A stretch of 64,000 nt of DNA. It comes from Alphaproteobacteria bacterium. GTDB taxonomy: Bacteria; Pseudomonadota; Alphaproteobacteria; Bin95. A program made the translations under genes and the position numbers. The stretch is taken from positions 4,032,001 through 4,096,000 of the forward strand of contig CBDBGH010000003.1 of assembly GCA_965205265.1 (NCBI GenBank), read 5' to 3'. Below, piece after piece: positions 37,028 through 47,349 of the stretch; position 1 is the first letter of the stretch, and every line of letters begins with the position of its first letter. The notes beneath the pieces were generated by a model. The model worked only from the letters and a program-made list of their open reading frames with translations, was not told the DNA's origin and ran no database searches.

Positions 37028-38488
37028 ATGCCCGACAGCGGCGCACCGGCGCCCAACCCGGCGGCGCGGCTGGCGGCCTTCGCGGCCGGCCTGCGCGCCG
37101 GGGACGTGCCGGCGGCGGTCCGGGAGCGGGCGCGGCACCTGATTCTGGATGCGCTCGGGGTGGCGGCGGCCTCCAGCCGGCAGGAATTCGCGCGCGTCAT
37201 GCTGGACGGCTTCCGGGCGGCCGGCGGGGCGGGCGAAGCCGGTGTGGTGGCGATGGGCGCGCGGCTCTCGCTCCGCGATGCGGCGGCGCTCAACGCCGCG
37301 CTCGTCCACGGCCTCGATTTCGACGACACCCATCCGGGCGCGGTGGTGCATTGCACGGCGGTTTCGCTGCCCGCCGCGCTGGCGCTGGGCGAGGCCCGCG
37401 ATGCGCCGGGCGCCGAGATTCTGACGGCCTACATTGCAGCGATGGAATGCGCCGCGCGGATCGGCCTTGCCGCCGATTACGGCTTCCACCGGCGCGGCTT
37501 CCACGCCACCGGCATTGCCGGGCATTTCGCCTCGGCGCTCGCGGCCGGGCGGCTCATGGGCCTCGATGCGGCGGCGCTCGCCTCGGCGCAGGGCGTGTGC
37601 GTCTCGACGGCGGCGGCGAGCCGCGAGTTCTGGTCGGACGGCGCCTGGAACAAGCGCCTCCATCCCGGCTGGGCGGCGGCGGCCGGCATTACCGCCGCAG
37701 GCCTTGCCGGCGCCGGCTTCAAGGGCTGCGAGCGGCCCTATGACGGGCGTTTCGGCCTCTTCCGGATGCTGATGGGCGAGGAGGCCGAGACCGTCGATTT
37801 CCCGCTTCTGGCCGGCGGCCTCGGAGAGCGCTGGGAACTGCTCGAATCCGCCGTCAAGCCCTTCCCGACCTGCCACTACACCCATGCGATCGTCGACAGC
37901 GCCATCGCGCTCCGCCGGGAGCACGGCCTCGAGGTGGACGACATCGCCGCCGTCACCGTGCTGGTGCATGAGGACCTGATCGCGCCGCTGATGGAGCCGG
38001 AAGCCCTGAAGCGCCGCCCGCCGGAGGACTATGCCGCACGCTTCAGCGCGCCCTGGGCGGCGGCCTGCGGGCTTGCGCGCGGAAGGCTCGGCCTCGCCGA
38101 ACTGGAGCCGCCGGCGCTCTCGGACCCGCAGGTGCTGGCGCTGGCGGCCCGGGTCGGGTGCCGCCCCGACCCGGACTCGCTCTTCCCGCAATATTTCTCC
38201 GCCGGCGTCGAGGTCGAGACCCGCTCGGGGGCGCGCTTCCGGCATCACGAGCCGGTCAATCGCGGCGCCGGCGACCGGGCGCTCGCCAATGCCGAGATCG
38301 TGGAGAAATTCCACGCCAATGCCGCCCCGGCGCTGGGCGGGGCCCGGGCCGAGGCCATGGCCGCCCGTGTGCTGGATATGGAGCGCCTGTCCGGAAGGGA
38401 GCTGATGCGGGAGCTGACACCGGCGTCGGAGGGTTGCGACTTGCGATGGATACCGCCCGCCGACGCGCCGCCCGGCACTGTTGGATGA
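37028..38488 (+). CDS. MmgE/PrpD family protein
   Basis: AA..N...HGLDFDDTH, GFH.TG, K.LH.G, KPFP.CH..H. Confidence 0.88.
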   Translation: MPDSGAPAPNPAARLAAFAAGLRAGDVPAAVRERARHLILDALGVAAASSRQEFARVMLDGFRAAGGAGEAGVVAMGARLSLRDAAALNAALVHGLDFDDTHPGAVVHCTAVSLPAALALGEARDAPGAEILTAYIAAMECAARIGLAADYGFHRRGFHATGIAGHFASALAAGRLMGLDAAALASAQGVCVSTAAASREFWSDGAWNKRLHPGWAAAAGITAAGLAGAGFKGCERPYDGRFGLFRMLMGEEAETVDFPLLAGGLGERWELLESAVKPFPTCHYTHAIVDSAIALRREHGLEVDDIAAVTVLVHEDLIAPLMEPEALKRRPPEDYAARFSAPWAAACGLARGRLGLAELEPPALSDPQVLALAARVGCRPDPDSLFPQYFSAGVEVETRSGARFRHHEPVNRGAGDRALANAEIVEKFHANAAPALGGARAEAMAARVLDMERLSGRELMRELTPASEGCDLRWIPPADAPPGTVG

Positions 38489-38762
38489 CGGCGCCCTAGC
38501 CAATGCGGTTCCGCCATGTTTCAATCCGGTAACGCAAAGCTCCTGTGCAACCGAACGCGCGAAAGGAAACAGCGAAGCAGGCAAGCCGGGAACGACAAGC
38601 TCTACCGTTGTGTCCATGTACGCCCGATCGGCCCGGCCATTGGCGCGGCGATCGGCAATGTCGATGTATCGACACGGCGGACAAGCCGCTGGCGGTCGCT
38701 GCCCGAACGAACCGCAACACCTCGAACCGACAAGCAACAGGCGACCAGGGAGGAACAACGCC

Positions 38763-39944
38763 ATGACGCTTTCTCGACGCGATTTTCTGCGCATTTCTGC
38801 AGATTACGGGACCAAGGCGGCCGTCTTCGCCGCCGTTGCCGGAACGACGTCCGCCACGCTCATCAGCCAGTTCGCGGCCAAGGATGCGCAGGCTGCCAAG
38901 AAGGCCAAATACACGATCCGCCACGGTGTCAGCGTGGTAAATCCGAAGAACGAAGAGTTCCTGCAGACCCGCGTCTATGACTTTGCCAAATGGATCGAGG
39001 AAGGATCGGACGGCGAAATCGCCATGCAGGTCCTCGACAGCGGCCAGGCCTGCGCGGAAAACCAGTGCGTGGAGCGGGTCGGGGCCGGTGTGCTCGATAT
39101 GGGCGGCTCCTCGGCGCAGAACGCCGCCGCCGTCATCTACCACGCGCAGGCGCTCGACTGGCCGTTCCTGTGGCGGGATCCGCAATCGCTGCTCAACCTG
39201 CTGCACGATCCCGCCATGAACCCGGTCTACCGGGATGTCTGGCGGGAAAAATACGGCGTCGAGTTCCTCTATTGCACCAACGAGTTGCGCGACATCTTCA
39301 TGGGGCTGAAATACAGCGACCTGCCGGAGGTCCGTCACCCGGACGGCCTGAAAGGCCGCAAGCTCCGGATCACCAACTCCACCATGATCCAGAATTTTGC
39401 CGCTTCGCTCGGCATGAGCCCGGTGCCGCTTGCCTGGACCGAGACGCTGGAAGGCATGAAGTCGGGCGTTGTCGACGGCATGGAGACCTGGGGCGGCGCG
39501 GCCGCGAGCTTCGGCATGACCAAGGTCACGGCTCAGGTGCTCGAGCTGGACTTCTGCGCCGGAACGGCCTCGTGTTTCATGAATTTGCGGGCGATGGAGC
39601 GCATGCCCGGGCGCCTGCAGGACGTGGTCCGCGAAGCCGCCCGCAGGGCGAGCGAAGAATCGTATCGCAACCTTCAGGTTGCCCTGAACACCGTCACCGG
39701 CGCCGGGCCGAACCCGACGCCGGAGAGCAACTATGTGCAGCTGAAGGACACGATGCGCCATGTCCGCCTGAGCGAGGACGAGATGGACGCGTTCCGCGAG
39801 CGCGGCTCGGTCGAGCGCAACGGGCAGATCTACAGCGGGATCCGCAAGGAACTGGACGAGCTGGCGGGCCTCGACGTGTTCGGCGCCATTGCCGAGTTCG
39901 AGGAGAAAGTCCGCGGCCAACCGCTAAATCCCCAGAAGTGGTAG
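38763..39944 (+). CDS. TRAP substrate-binding protein (DctP) with twin-arginine signal
   Basis: SRRDFLR signal; LKG.KLR, G..PVP..W.E....GVVDG.E. Confidence 0.87.
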   Translation: MTLSRRDFLRISADYGTKAAVFAAVAGTTSATLISQFAAKDAQAAKKAKYTIRHGVSVVNPKNEEFLQTRVYDFAKWIEEGSDGEIAMQVLDSGQACAENQCVERVGAGVLDMGGSSAQNAAAVIYHAQALDWPFLWRDPQSLLNLLHDPAMNPVYRDVWREKYGVEFLYCTNELRDIFMGLKYSDLPEVRHPDGLKGRKLRITNSTMIQNFAASLGMSPVPLAWTETLEGMKSGVVDGMETWGGAAASFGMTKVTAQVLELDFCAGTASCFMNLRAMERMPGRLQDVVREAARRASEESYRNLQVALNTVTGAGPNPTPESNYVQLKDTMRHVRLSEDEMDAFRERGSVERNGQIYSGIRKELDELAGLDVFGAIAEFEEKVRGQPLNPQKW

Positions 39945-40053
39945 CCGCGTAGCCGGACCCCGGACGCCGCCAGGCTGTCCGGGGTCCCCTTCATTCTTTT
40001 CCGGACGGAAATCCCGGACCGCCTGGCGGCGTCCGGGAAAGCGGGTGTGTCTG

Positions 40054-40560
40054 ATGGGCCAGCGATTCGACAACCTGATTACCTGGATCGAAAAGGCGGT
40101 GATGCTGCTCGCCTATCTGACGATCATCCTGGTGGTGGGGCTGGAGACGATCCGGCGGATGATCACGGGCGAGCAGGCGGCCTGGGGGCCGGAGATCGCC
40201 ATGGGCGCGTTCGTCTGGCTCTCGTGGTTCGCCATGTCCAGCGGCGTGCGCACCGGCGCGCATCTCTCTTTCACCACCGTGCGCGAACGCATGCCCGACG
40301 GGATACGCCGGGGTGCGGAAGTATTCGACTGCCTGCTCTGGTTCGTGCTGGGCGCTGTCGTCATCGTCGCGTCGTGGGATGTCGTGATGCTGAATGAGCG
40401 CTTCAACATCAAGATCTTCGGCACCGACATCCCGATCGCCGCGATCTCCATCGCCGTGCCGCTCGGCTGGGGCTTCACCATGGTGCGGGTGTTCCAACAG
40501 CTGGTCCGGGTGTTGCAGGGCAGGACCGGCCCGCATATTGCGGCGGAGGAAATCCGATGA
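40054..40560 (+). CDS. TRAP small permease (DctQ)
   Basis: 4 TM segments, W..EI...FVW, G.HL; position in operon. Confidence 0.82.
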   Translation: MGQRFDNLITWIEKAVMLLAYLTIILVVGLETIRRMITGEQAAWGPEIAMGAFVWLSWFAMSSGVRTGAHLSFTTVRERMPDGIRRGAEVFDCLLWFVLGAVVIVASWDVVMLNERFNIKIFGTDIPIAAISIAVPLGWGFTMVRVFQQLVRVLQGRTGPHIAAEEIR

Positions 40561-41900
40561 GCGAAGGCGATCTTTCGACCCTGCAACTCCTCGTGGATTG
40601 GCTCCGCGAGGTTCTGAACGTCTGGAACATCACCGCCATCGCCGTCCTGCTGTTCTTTCTCGGAACCCCCGTCGTGCTGGTGCTGGCCGCCTGGGTGGTG
40701 GCGTCGTCCTATTTCATCGTGGAGTTCCCGCTGACCAATGTCGGCATTGCAGCGAACGACTCGATCAAGAACTTCATCTTCCTGGCCGTGCCCCTGTTCG
40801 TCATAACCGGCGACTTCCTGACGGAGGGCGGCATCAGCCGGAGGCTGATCGCGTTCTCGCGCTCCTGCGTCGGCTTCATGCATGGCGCGACGGCGGCGAC
40901 GGCGATGTTCTCCTGCGGCCTGTTTGCGGCGATTTCCGGCTCCAATGCCGCGACGGCGGCGACCATGGGGCGGCTGCTCGGGCCGGAGATGGTCGAGCGC
41001 GGCGTCAGTCCGGGCCTGTCCGGCGCGATCATTGCGGCGGGCGGCACGGTCGGCGTCATCATCCCGCCGAGCGTGATCTTCCTGATCTACGGCGTCACGA
41101 TGGAGGTGCCGAGCGTCGACCTGTTTATCGGCGGCATGATTCCGGGCCTGCTGATGGTCATAGCGTTGATCGGCAGTGCGGTGGTGCTGACCGGCAAGGT
41201 GGAGCGCGGGGTCGGCCTGCGTAACCTGAGCCCCCGGGAAATCGCCAGATCGGCGTTGACCGCCTGGGCGGGCTTCATCGCGATCGGGGTGATTTTCTTC
41301 GGCATTTACTGGGGCTATTTCAGCCCGACGGAGGCAGCCGGGGTCGTCGCCATCTACTGCTTCATCGTCGGCTCCGTGCCGGCTCTCGGCGGCCGGCTCC
41401 ACCTGCGCCAGATTCCGGGCATCATGCTGAACAGCGCACGGCTGGCCGGTCTGCTGGTGCCGCTGGTGGTATTTTCCATCCAGTTTCAACAGGTCTCCAG
41501 CGTTATGGGCCTGCCGGTGGCGATCCAGGAGTTTCTGGGCGACCTCGGCGAGAATTACGGCTCGACGGTGCTGATCGCCGTTATGATGGTGCTGATCCTG
41601 CTCGTGGGCGCGATCACGGAATCGGTTGCCGTGGTCCTCATTCTCGGTCCCATCCTCGCGCCGGTGGCGGAGAGTATCGGCATCGATCCGGTCCATTGGG
41701 GCGTGGTCTTCGTCGTCGGCACCACGATCGGGTTCATCACGCCGCCCTACGGCCTGAATCTGTTCGTGGTTTCGGGCGTGCTGAGGATCAACTACGACCT
41801 GATCATCCGGCAGATCTTCAAACTGCTGATCCCGCTGATGATCGTGTGGACCATCGTGACGGCGGTGCCCTGGCTGTCTCTGGTGCTGCTCGGCGGCTAG
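40557..41900 (+). CDS. TRAP large permease (DctM)
   Basis: LAVPLF, FAAISGS, IIPPS, PTEAA, ITPPYG.NLFV. Confidence 0.9.
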   Translation: MSEGDLSTLQLLVDWLREVLNVWNITAIAVLLFFLGTPVVLVLAAWVVASSYFIVEFPLTNVGIAANDSIKNFIFLAVPLFVITGDFLTEGGISRRLIAFSRSCVGFMHGATAATAMFSCGLFAAISGSNAATAATMGRLLGPEMVERGVSPGLSGAIIAAGGTVGVIIPPSVIFLIYGVTMEVPSVDLFIGGMIPGLLMVIALIGSAVVLTGKVERGVGLRNLSPREIARSALTAWAGFIAIGVIFFGIYWGYFSPTEAAGVVAIYCFIVGSVPALGGRLHLRQIPGIMLNSARLAGLLVPLVVFSIQFQQVSSVMGLPVAIQEFLGDLGENYGSTVLIAVMMVLILLVGAITESVAVVLILGPILAPVAESIGIDPVHWGVVFVVGTTIGFITPPYGLNLFVVSGVLRINYDLIIRQIFKLLIPLMIVWTIVTAVPWLSLVLLGG

Positions 41901-41912
41901 GAGCAATGAGGG

Positions 41913-42281
41913 ATGAGCAAGCGCAAGGAAGCGATCGAAACGCTGTTCAAGGCGTTCGCGAAAGGCTTCGCGAAGAAGGACACGGCGCTGGTTGCGCCGA
42001 CGCTGGCCGACGATTTCGTCTGGAGCCAGCCGACAGGCGAGGACTTTGTCGGCAAGGAAGCCGCCTTGCAGGCCATGGCCGAGCGCTGGTCCGCGCCCGG
42101 CGGCGGGCCGGTGTTCGGCAATGGCGGTTTCGAGGTGGTCGGCGACACCGTCATCCAGACCTACGAGGTGACGACCGCCGCGCCGGACGGCGGCGAAAGG
42201 ACCGTGCGCGGCATGGACATTTACAAGGTCCGCGACGGCCTGCTCACCCGAAAGGACGCCTTCTGGAAGCAGCTGGGTTAG
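41913..42281 (+). CDS. NTF2/SnoaL-like protein
   Basis: GMD.Y.VRDGL...KD.FWK C-terminus; 122 aa. Confidence 0.72.
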   Translation: MSKRKEAIETLFKAFAKGFAKKDTALVAPTLADDFVWSQPTGEDFVGKEAALQAMAERWSAPGGGPVFGNGGFEVVGDTVIQTYEVTTAAPDGGERTVRGMDIYKVRDGLLTRKDAFWKQLG

Positions 42282-42339
42282 CCTTGCCGGTGCCCGTTAT
42301 CCTCTCCGCCCGATCCGGAACTCCTGCGAGGCGAACCTC

Positions 42340-43128
42340 ATGACCCGCGAGACAGCCCTCTATGAACGCGACGGCGCGATCGTGACGATCACGCTCAACC
42401 GGCCCGAAAAGCTGAATGCCTTCGACGATGCCGCGGTGGAGGCGCTGTCGGAGGCGCTGGCCCGTTTCGACACCGACCCGAAGGCCAATGTCGCGATCCT
42501 GCACGGGGCGGGACGCGCCTTCTCCACCGGGGCGGATGTGCTGCGCCGGCAGCTGCGCCCGCGCGAGGAACTGGAGCGGTTCGGCGGCCCGCAGGGGCGC
42601 GGGGCGGATTCCGGGCGGCTGTTCGTCCATGCGGTCAACTGGAAGCCGATGGTCGCCGCCGTGCATGGCTATGTCATGGGGCTTGCGGTCGGCATTGCGC
42701 TCGACTGCGACCTGCTGGTGGCCGAGGCCGGCACGCGCTTCCAGATCACCGAGACCTCGCGCGGCCTCGGCGGCTCCGTCTATTGGGGGCTGATGCGGCT
42801 GAGGGGGGCGGGCGCCTTCGGCGACGAGGTGGCGCTCACCGGGCGGTGGTTCACGGCCGAGGAGGCCGCCGCGGCCGGCGTCATCAACCGCCTCGCGCCC
42901 GCCGGCGGCCATCTCGAAGCCGCCCGCGAGCTTGCGGGGACGCTGAACGCCAACCCGCCGCTCAGCGTGCGCTCCACGGTGCGGGCGCGCCGGCGCGAGA
43001 TCGCGCGCGTGCGCTCGGAACTCTCCGCGGCCGCGCAGCCGGAACGGCTCTATCTGACCGAGGATTTCCACGAGGCGGCGCTTGCCTTCAAGGAGAAGCG
43101 CCCGCCCCGCCCGTTCAGGGGCCGCTGA
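42340..43128 (+). CDS. enoyl-CoA hydratase/isomerase family
   Basis: ITLNRPEKLNA, G.GRAFS.G.D, KP.VAAVHG, AF.EKR.P. Confidence 0.9.
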   Translation: MTRETALYERDGAIVTITLNRPEKLNAFDDAAVEALSEALARFDTDPKANVAILHGAGRAFSTGADVLRRQLRPREELERFGGPQGRGADSGRLFVHAVNWKPMVAAVHGYVMGLAVGIALDCDLLVAEAGTRFQITETSRGLGGSVYWGLMRLRGAGAFGDEVALTGRWFTAEEAAAAGVINRLAPAGGHLEAARELAGTLNANPPLSVRSTVRARRREIARVRSELSAAAQPERLYLTEDFHEAALAFKEKRPPRPFRGR

Positions 43129-43972
43129 GCGGGTCGAGCCCTTCCAGTACCGGGCGGAAGCCGACCAGGATGTGCTTCAGCCCGGCCGGGCGGCTGTGGC
43201 GGGCGGCCGGGCGGCAGACGCCGCAGCCGCTGTCGTCCCAGGACCCGCCCTTGACCAGGAAACGCCCGGCCCGGGCCTCGGTCGCGGTCCACTCGAAAAC
43301 CTGGCCGGCAGCGTCCAGCAGGCCGAAAGGCGAGGCGCCCCCGGGAAACCGGCCGACCGGCAGCGTGTCGAACGGCCCGCCGTCATGGCTGTTGAGCCGT
43401 TCCGGCGCATAGTCGCCGCCCCAGGGGAACCGGCGCCCGTCCGGGCCGCGCGCCGCCTTCTCCCATTCGAGCTCGGTCGGCAGCCGCCAGACGCGCCCGG
43501 TGCGCGCCGAGAGCCACGCCGTATAGGCCTGCGCGTCCTCATGCGAGACCAGCACGACGGGATGTTGCGCCCGGCCTTCCGGCGGCCGGCCCCCGGCCCA
43601 GGCATGGCGGCGCGTGCGGGGATAGGGGTGGATCAGGCCGTAGCCCTTCCAGGTTTCGGCATCGACATCGGGAGCCCGGTGTCCGGTTTCGGCGATGAAG
43701 GCCGCATATTGCGCATTGGTGACGGGCGTGCGGGCGATCCGGAAGCCCGGCAGGCTGAGCGTCCGGCGGTCGCGCTCGCCGTCGTACCAGCCCTGGCGGC
43801 GGGTGACGGAATGGCCGTAGGCGGCTTCGTCCAGCCGGTAGGCGGCCTCGCGCTCCGCGGCATCGGACCCGGCGATGAAGGCGCCCGCCGGCACCGGCAC
43901 CGTTTCCGGCAGGTCTGCGGCCGCCGCCCCGAAGGCCGCCAGAATCGATGCTCCCGCCAGCGCAACGCGCAT
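43115..43972 (-). CDS. formylglycine-generating enzyme (SUMF1-like) domain protein with probable signal peptide
   Basis: VTNAQY..F, HPVV.VS, RLPTE.EWEKAARG, G.SPFGL.D.AG.V.EW, KGGSW, GFR. Confidence 0.85.
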   Translation of the reverse strand: MRVALAGASILAAFGAAAADLPETVPVPAGAFIAGSDAAEREAAYRLDEAAYGHSVTRRQGWYDGERDRRTLSLPGFRIARTPVTNAQYAAFIAETGHRAPDVDAETWKGYGLIHPYPRTRRHAWAGGRPPEGRAQHPVVLVSHEDAQAYTAWLSARTGRVWRLPTELEWEKAARGPDGRRFPWGGDYAPERLNSHDGGPFDTLPVGRFPGGASPFGLLDAAGQVFEWTATEARAGRFLVKGGSWDDSGCGVCRPAARHSRPAGLKHILVGFRPVLEGLDPLSGP

Positions 43973-44153
43973 CTCTTCGCTCCCTTTTCGACGGTCAGGT
44001 GAGCCTTTCCGAAGGCCGCGCGCAAGGCCCGCTCACGCAGTTGTGACCGGCTTCCTCCGTTTTTACGGGCCGCCATATCGGTTAGCATAACGGCAGGCGA
44101 TTTCCGGATCGTCCGGTGCATTATCGGGAAAACCACCGAACGGGAGAACTGTT

Positions 44154-44489
44154 ATGAAGAGCTACAAGGCACGCCTTCTTTCCACGGCGGTCGTCAGTGT
44201 GGGCATGGCCGTCGGCGCCGTCGGCGCGGCCAGCCTCGCCGGCACCGCCTATGCCGCCTGCAAGCCCGCGGCCGCGGCCTGCAAGGCGTGCGGCGCCTGC
44301 AATCCCTGCAAGCCGAAAAAGGCCTGCGGCGCGTGCAACCCCTGCAAACCGGCCTGCGGTGCGTGCAATCCCTGCAAGCCCGCCTGCGGTGCCTGCAACC
44401 CCTGTAAGCCCGCCTGTGGCGCTTGCAATCCGTGCAAGCCCAAGAATGCCTGCGGCGCGTGCAATCCCTGCAAGCCCAAGAGCAACTGA
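44154..44489 (+). CDS. secreted-type cysteine-rich repeat peptide, ([10 protein letters not shown])x6
   Basis: GGGAGA RBS, signal-like N-terminus ending AYA-A, 20 Cys, synonymous variation between repeats, downstream hairpin. Confidence 0.8.
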   Translation: MKSYKARLLSTAVVSVGMAVGAVGAASLAGTAYAACKPAAAACKACGACNPCKPKKACGACNPCKPACGACNPCKPACGACNPCKPACGACNPCKPKNACGACNPCKPKSN

Positions 44490-44502
44490 CGCCCGACGGG
44501 CA

Positions 44503-44532
44503 GCGGCCGGCCTTCGGGCCGGCCGCGCTTTT
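44503..44532 (+). terminator. probable intrinsic terminator
   Basis: GCGGCCGGCC-TTCG-GGCCGGCCGC followed by GCTTTT. Confidence 0.6.
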
Positions 44533-44567
44533 CCGGGACCGCGGCGCCGCAAGGCGCCGCGCCCGTT

Positions 44568-45122
44568 TCAGGCGGCGTCGAGAGCCGCCTCGGCTTCCGG
44601 CTCCAGATCGAGCTGCAGGGCGTCGTTGAAGCGGTTGAAGGCGCCGCAGAGCGCGATCCGCCAGGTCAGTTCGACGATCTGCTCCTCGCTGAAATGCGCT
44701 TTCAGCCGCTCGAAGATGCCGTCCCGCATTCTCCCCGCATTGTCGTTGACCTGGACGGCGTAATCGACCACCAGGCGGTCGATCTCGTCCAGTTCCGGAT
44801 GGTTTTCCGGGTCGTCCAGCAGGCTGGCGACGCCGGCGGCGCTCATGCCCTCCACGGTCAGCATCGGCCCGTGATGGGCCACGCAATAGTCGCAGGCATT
44901 GCGCTGCGAGACCGCGACCAGCGCCAGTTCCAGATAGCGCCGCGGCAGCACCGCCTCCCGCCTCAGCGCGGTCAGCAGGCCGAATGTGTGTTCCAGGATC
45001 GGCGGCCGCCGGCCGAGCGCCCCGACAAGGCTGGCGAACGGGCCGTAGGATGCCGCGTCGTCCATGAGAGGATGCAGGGCGGGCGGCAGGTCTTCGCGGG
45101 CAGCATAGGCGATGCGGGCCAT
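44568..45122 (-). CDS. AhpD / carboxymuconolactone decarboxylase family
   Basis: EL....VS..N.C.YC..HH, FNRFN.AL. Confidence 0.85.
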   Translation of the reverse strand: MARIAYAAREDLPPALHPLMDDAASYGPFASLVGALGRRPPILEHTFGLLTALRREAVLPRRYLELALVAVSQRNACDYCVAHHGPMLTVEGMSAAGVASLLDDPENHPELDEIDRLVVDYAVQVNDNAGRMRDGIFERLKAHFSEEQIVELTWRIALCGAFNRFNDALQLDLEPEAEAALDAA

Positions 45123-45134
45123 GGGGGGTCTCCG

Positions 45135-47228
45135 TCAGCCGATTTCGACGATGATGTTGCCGTAGCCGTCCAGCCGCGCCGAATCCTGCGGCGGGACGAG
45201 GCAGGTGGCGTCGTATTCCTCGACGATCAGCGGGCCCGGCAGCGGGTCCGGGCCGAGGTCGCCGCGCGCGAGCACCGCGGCGTCCCGCCATCCGTGCTCG
45301 CGGCCGAACCAGGCGCGGCGGCTGCCGGCCGCGCCCGACGGCCGGGGCGGCGGCGGGGGCGGCGCGCTGTCGTTCGAGAGCCCGCGTCCGACCACCTGGA
45401 CGGTCATCAGCTCCACAGGCTCCTCCGGCCCGGCGCGGTGGCCGTAGGTGCGCTCATGCTCGACGCCGAAGGCCTCCTCCAGCGCGGCGACCCACGCCGC
45501 GTCCACCGGCCCCGGCGGCGCCGCGACCTGCAGCTCGAAAATCTGGCCGTGATAGTGGAGCTGCGCGCTGCGCGCGAGCGTGCGCCGGTCGGGCGGGATG
45601 CCGTCGGCCTCCAGCTGCGCGTTCGCCTCCGCTTCCAGCGCGGCCCATGCCGCTTCGAGCTCCGCCGGGTCGGCCCCGCCGAGGATGCGCCTGTGCGCAT
45701 GGGAGTAATGGTGCTCGACCTCGGCATGCAGCAGGCCGAAGGAGGAGAACAGGCCGGGCGAGGGCGGCACCAGCACCGTCCGGATCGCCAGTTCGCGCGC
45801 CATGCCGGCGGCGAAGAGCGGCCCGTTGCCGCCGAAGGCGAACAGGGCGTAGTCGCGCGGGTCGCGGCCCCGCTCGGAAGACACGGCGCGAATGGCGCGG
45901 ATCATGTTCGAGGCGGCGATGCGGTGGGCGCCGAGCGCGGCCTCTTCCGGCGCCAGGCCCATCGGCTGCGCCACGGAGCGCTCGAAGGCCTCGCGCGCCG
46001 CCTCGAAATCGAGCTTCAGTGCGCCGCCGATCAGATGGCCCGGATTGAGGTATCCGAGCAGCAGGTTGGCGTCGGTGAGCGTAGGCTCCGTGCCGCCGGC
46101 GCCGTAGCAGACGGGGCCCGGATCGGCGCCGGCGCTCTCCGGCCCCACCTGCAGGCCGCCGGCGGCGTCGAGGCGGAGCAGCGAGCCGCCGCCGGCGCCG
46201 ACCTCCGCCAGGTCGATGGCCGGCGTCTTGACCACGTAGCCTGCGCCGGTCATCAGCCGGGATCCGGCGATCACGCCGGCGCCGACGCTGAATTCGAGCG
46301 CGCGCGAAACCGTGCCGCCCTCGACGATGGACGCCTTCGCGGTCGTGCCGCCCATGTCGAAGGTGAGGACATTGTCGAGACCGGCGGATCTGGCCAGGGC
46401 CTGCGCGCCGATGACCCCGCCCGCCGGACCGGATTCGACGATGTGCATGGGCAGGTTGCGCGCCGCCTGGGACGGCATCAGCCCGCCGCTCGACTGCATC
46501 AGCAACAGCGGCGCGCGGGTGCCGATATCGGCGAAGCCCTCCTCCAGCCCGGCCAGGTAGCGTGACACGACCGGCTTCAGGCAGGCGTTCACGACTGTGG
46601 TGGAGGTGCGCTCGTATTCCTTCGCCTCGGGCAGCACGCGGTGGCTGATGCTGGTCTCGACATCCGGCGCGAGGCGCTCGACGATCCCGGCTACGATGTC
46701 CTCATGCGCGGGGTTGGCGTAGCTGTGCAGCAGCGCCACGGCGATGGCCTCCACGCCTTCGTCGAGCAGCCGCCGGACGGCCGCCTCCGCCTCTTCCGGA
46801 TCGAGCGGCGTCTGCGTCCCGCCGTCATGCGTCACGCGCTCGGCGACCGTGCGGCGCAGATAGCGCGGCACCAGCGGCGGCGGCTTCTGCCAGGCGATGT
46901 CGTAGAGGCGCGGCATGCGGAGATTGCGGATCTCCAGTATGTCGCGGAAGCCTTCGGTGGCGATCAGCCCGGTCCTGGCGCCCTTGCCTTCCAGGATGGC
47001 GTTCGAGGCGACCGTGGTGCCGTGGCGCAACTCGGCGATGTCCCCGCCCGCGAACGCGCCCTCGGCGATCAGGCCGGCGAGCGCCTCGACGATCGCGCGG
47101 GCGTAATTGTCCACCGAGGAGGAAACCTTGCGGGTGAGCAGCCGGCCGTCCCCGTCGAGGCAGACGATGTCGGTAAAGGTGCCGCCGATGTCGATCCCGA
47201 GGCGCCAGCGGGCTTCAGCATGTTCCAT
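45135..47228 (-). CDS. hydantoinase A / oxoprolinase family subunit (second paralog)
   Basis: GIDIGGTFTD, HGTTVA.NA.LE.KG, ESGPAGG, DMGGTT, GAGGGS. Confidence 0.9.
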   Translation of the reverse strand: MEHAEARWRLGIDIGGTFTDIVCLDGDGRLLTRKVSSSVDNYARAIVEALAGLIAEGAFAGGDIAELRHGTTVASNAILEGKGARTGLIATEGFRDILEIRNLRMPRLYDIAWQKPPPLVPRYLRRTVAERVTHDGGTQTPLDPEEAEAAVRRLLDEGVEAIAVALLHSYANPAHEDIVAGIVERLAPDVETSISHRVLPEAKEYERTSTTVVNACLKPVVSRYLAGLEEGFADIGTRAPLLLMQSSGGLMPSQAARNLPMHIVESGPAGGVIGAQALARSAGLDNVLTFDMGGTTAKASIVEGGTVSRALEFSVGAGVIAGSRLMTGAGYVVKTPAIDLAEVGAGGGSLLRLDAAGGLQVGPESAGADPGPVCYGAGGTEPTLTDANLLLGYLNPGHLIGGALKLDFEAAREAFERSVAQPMGLAPEEAALGAHRIAASNMIRAIRAVSSERGRDPRDYALFAFGGNGPLFAAGMARELAIRTVLVPPSPGLFSSFGLLHAEVEHHYSHAHRRILGGADPAELEAAWAALEAEANAQLEADGIPPDRRTLARSAQLHYHGQIFELQVAAPPGPVDAAWVAALEEAFGVEHERTYGHRAGPEEPVELMTVQVVGRGLSNDSAPPPPPPRPSGAAGSRRAWFGREHGWRDAAVLARGDLGPDPLPGPLIVEEYDATCLVPPQDSARLDGYGNIIVEIG

Positions 47229-47349
47229 ATGTCGTCGCTCTTGTCCGGATCGGGCGGCGATCCGCCCATGGCGCACGAAAGTTAGCAACGGATAGGGAAA
47301 CCGTCACCATGACCGGCGGCCGGAGCCGGGCTCTGCTGGGAGCGGCGCG

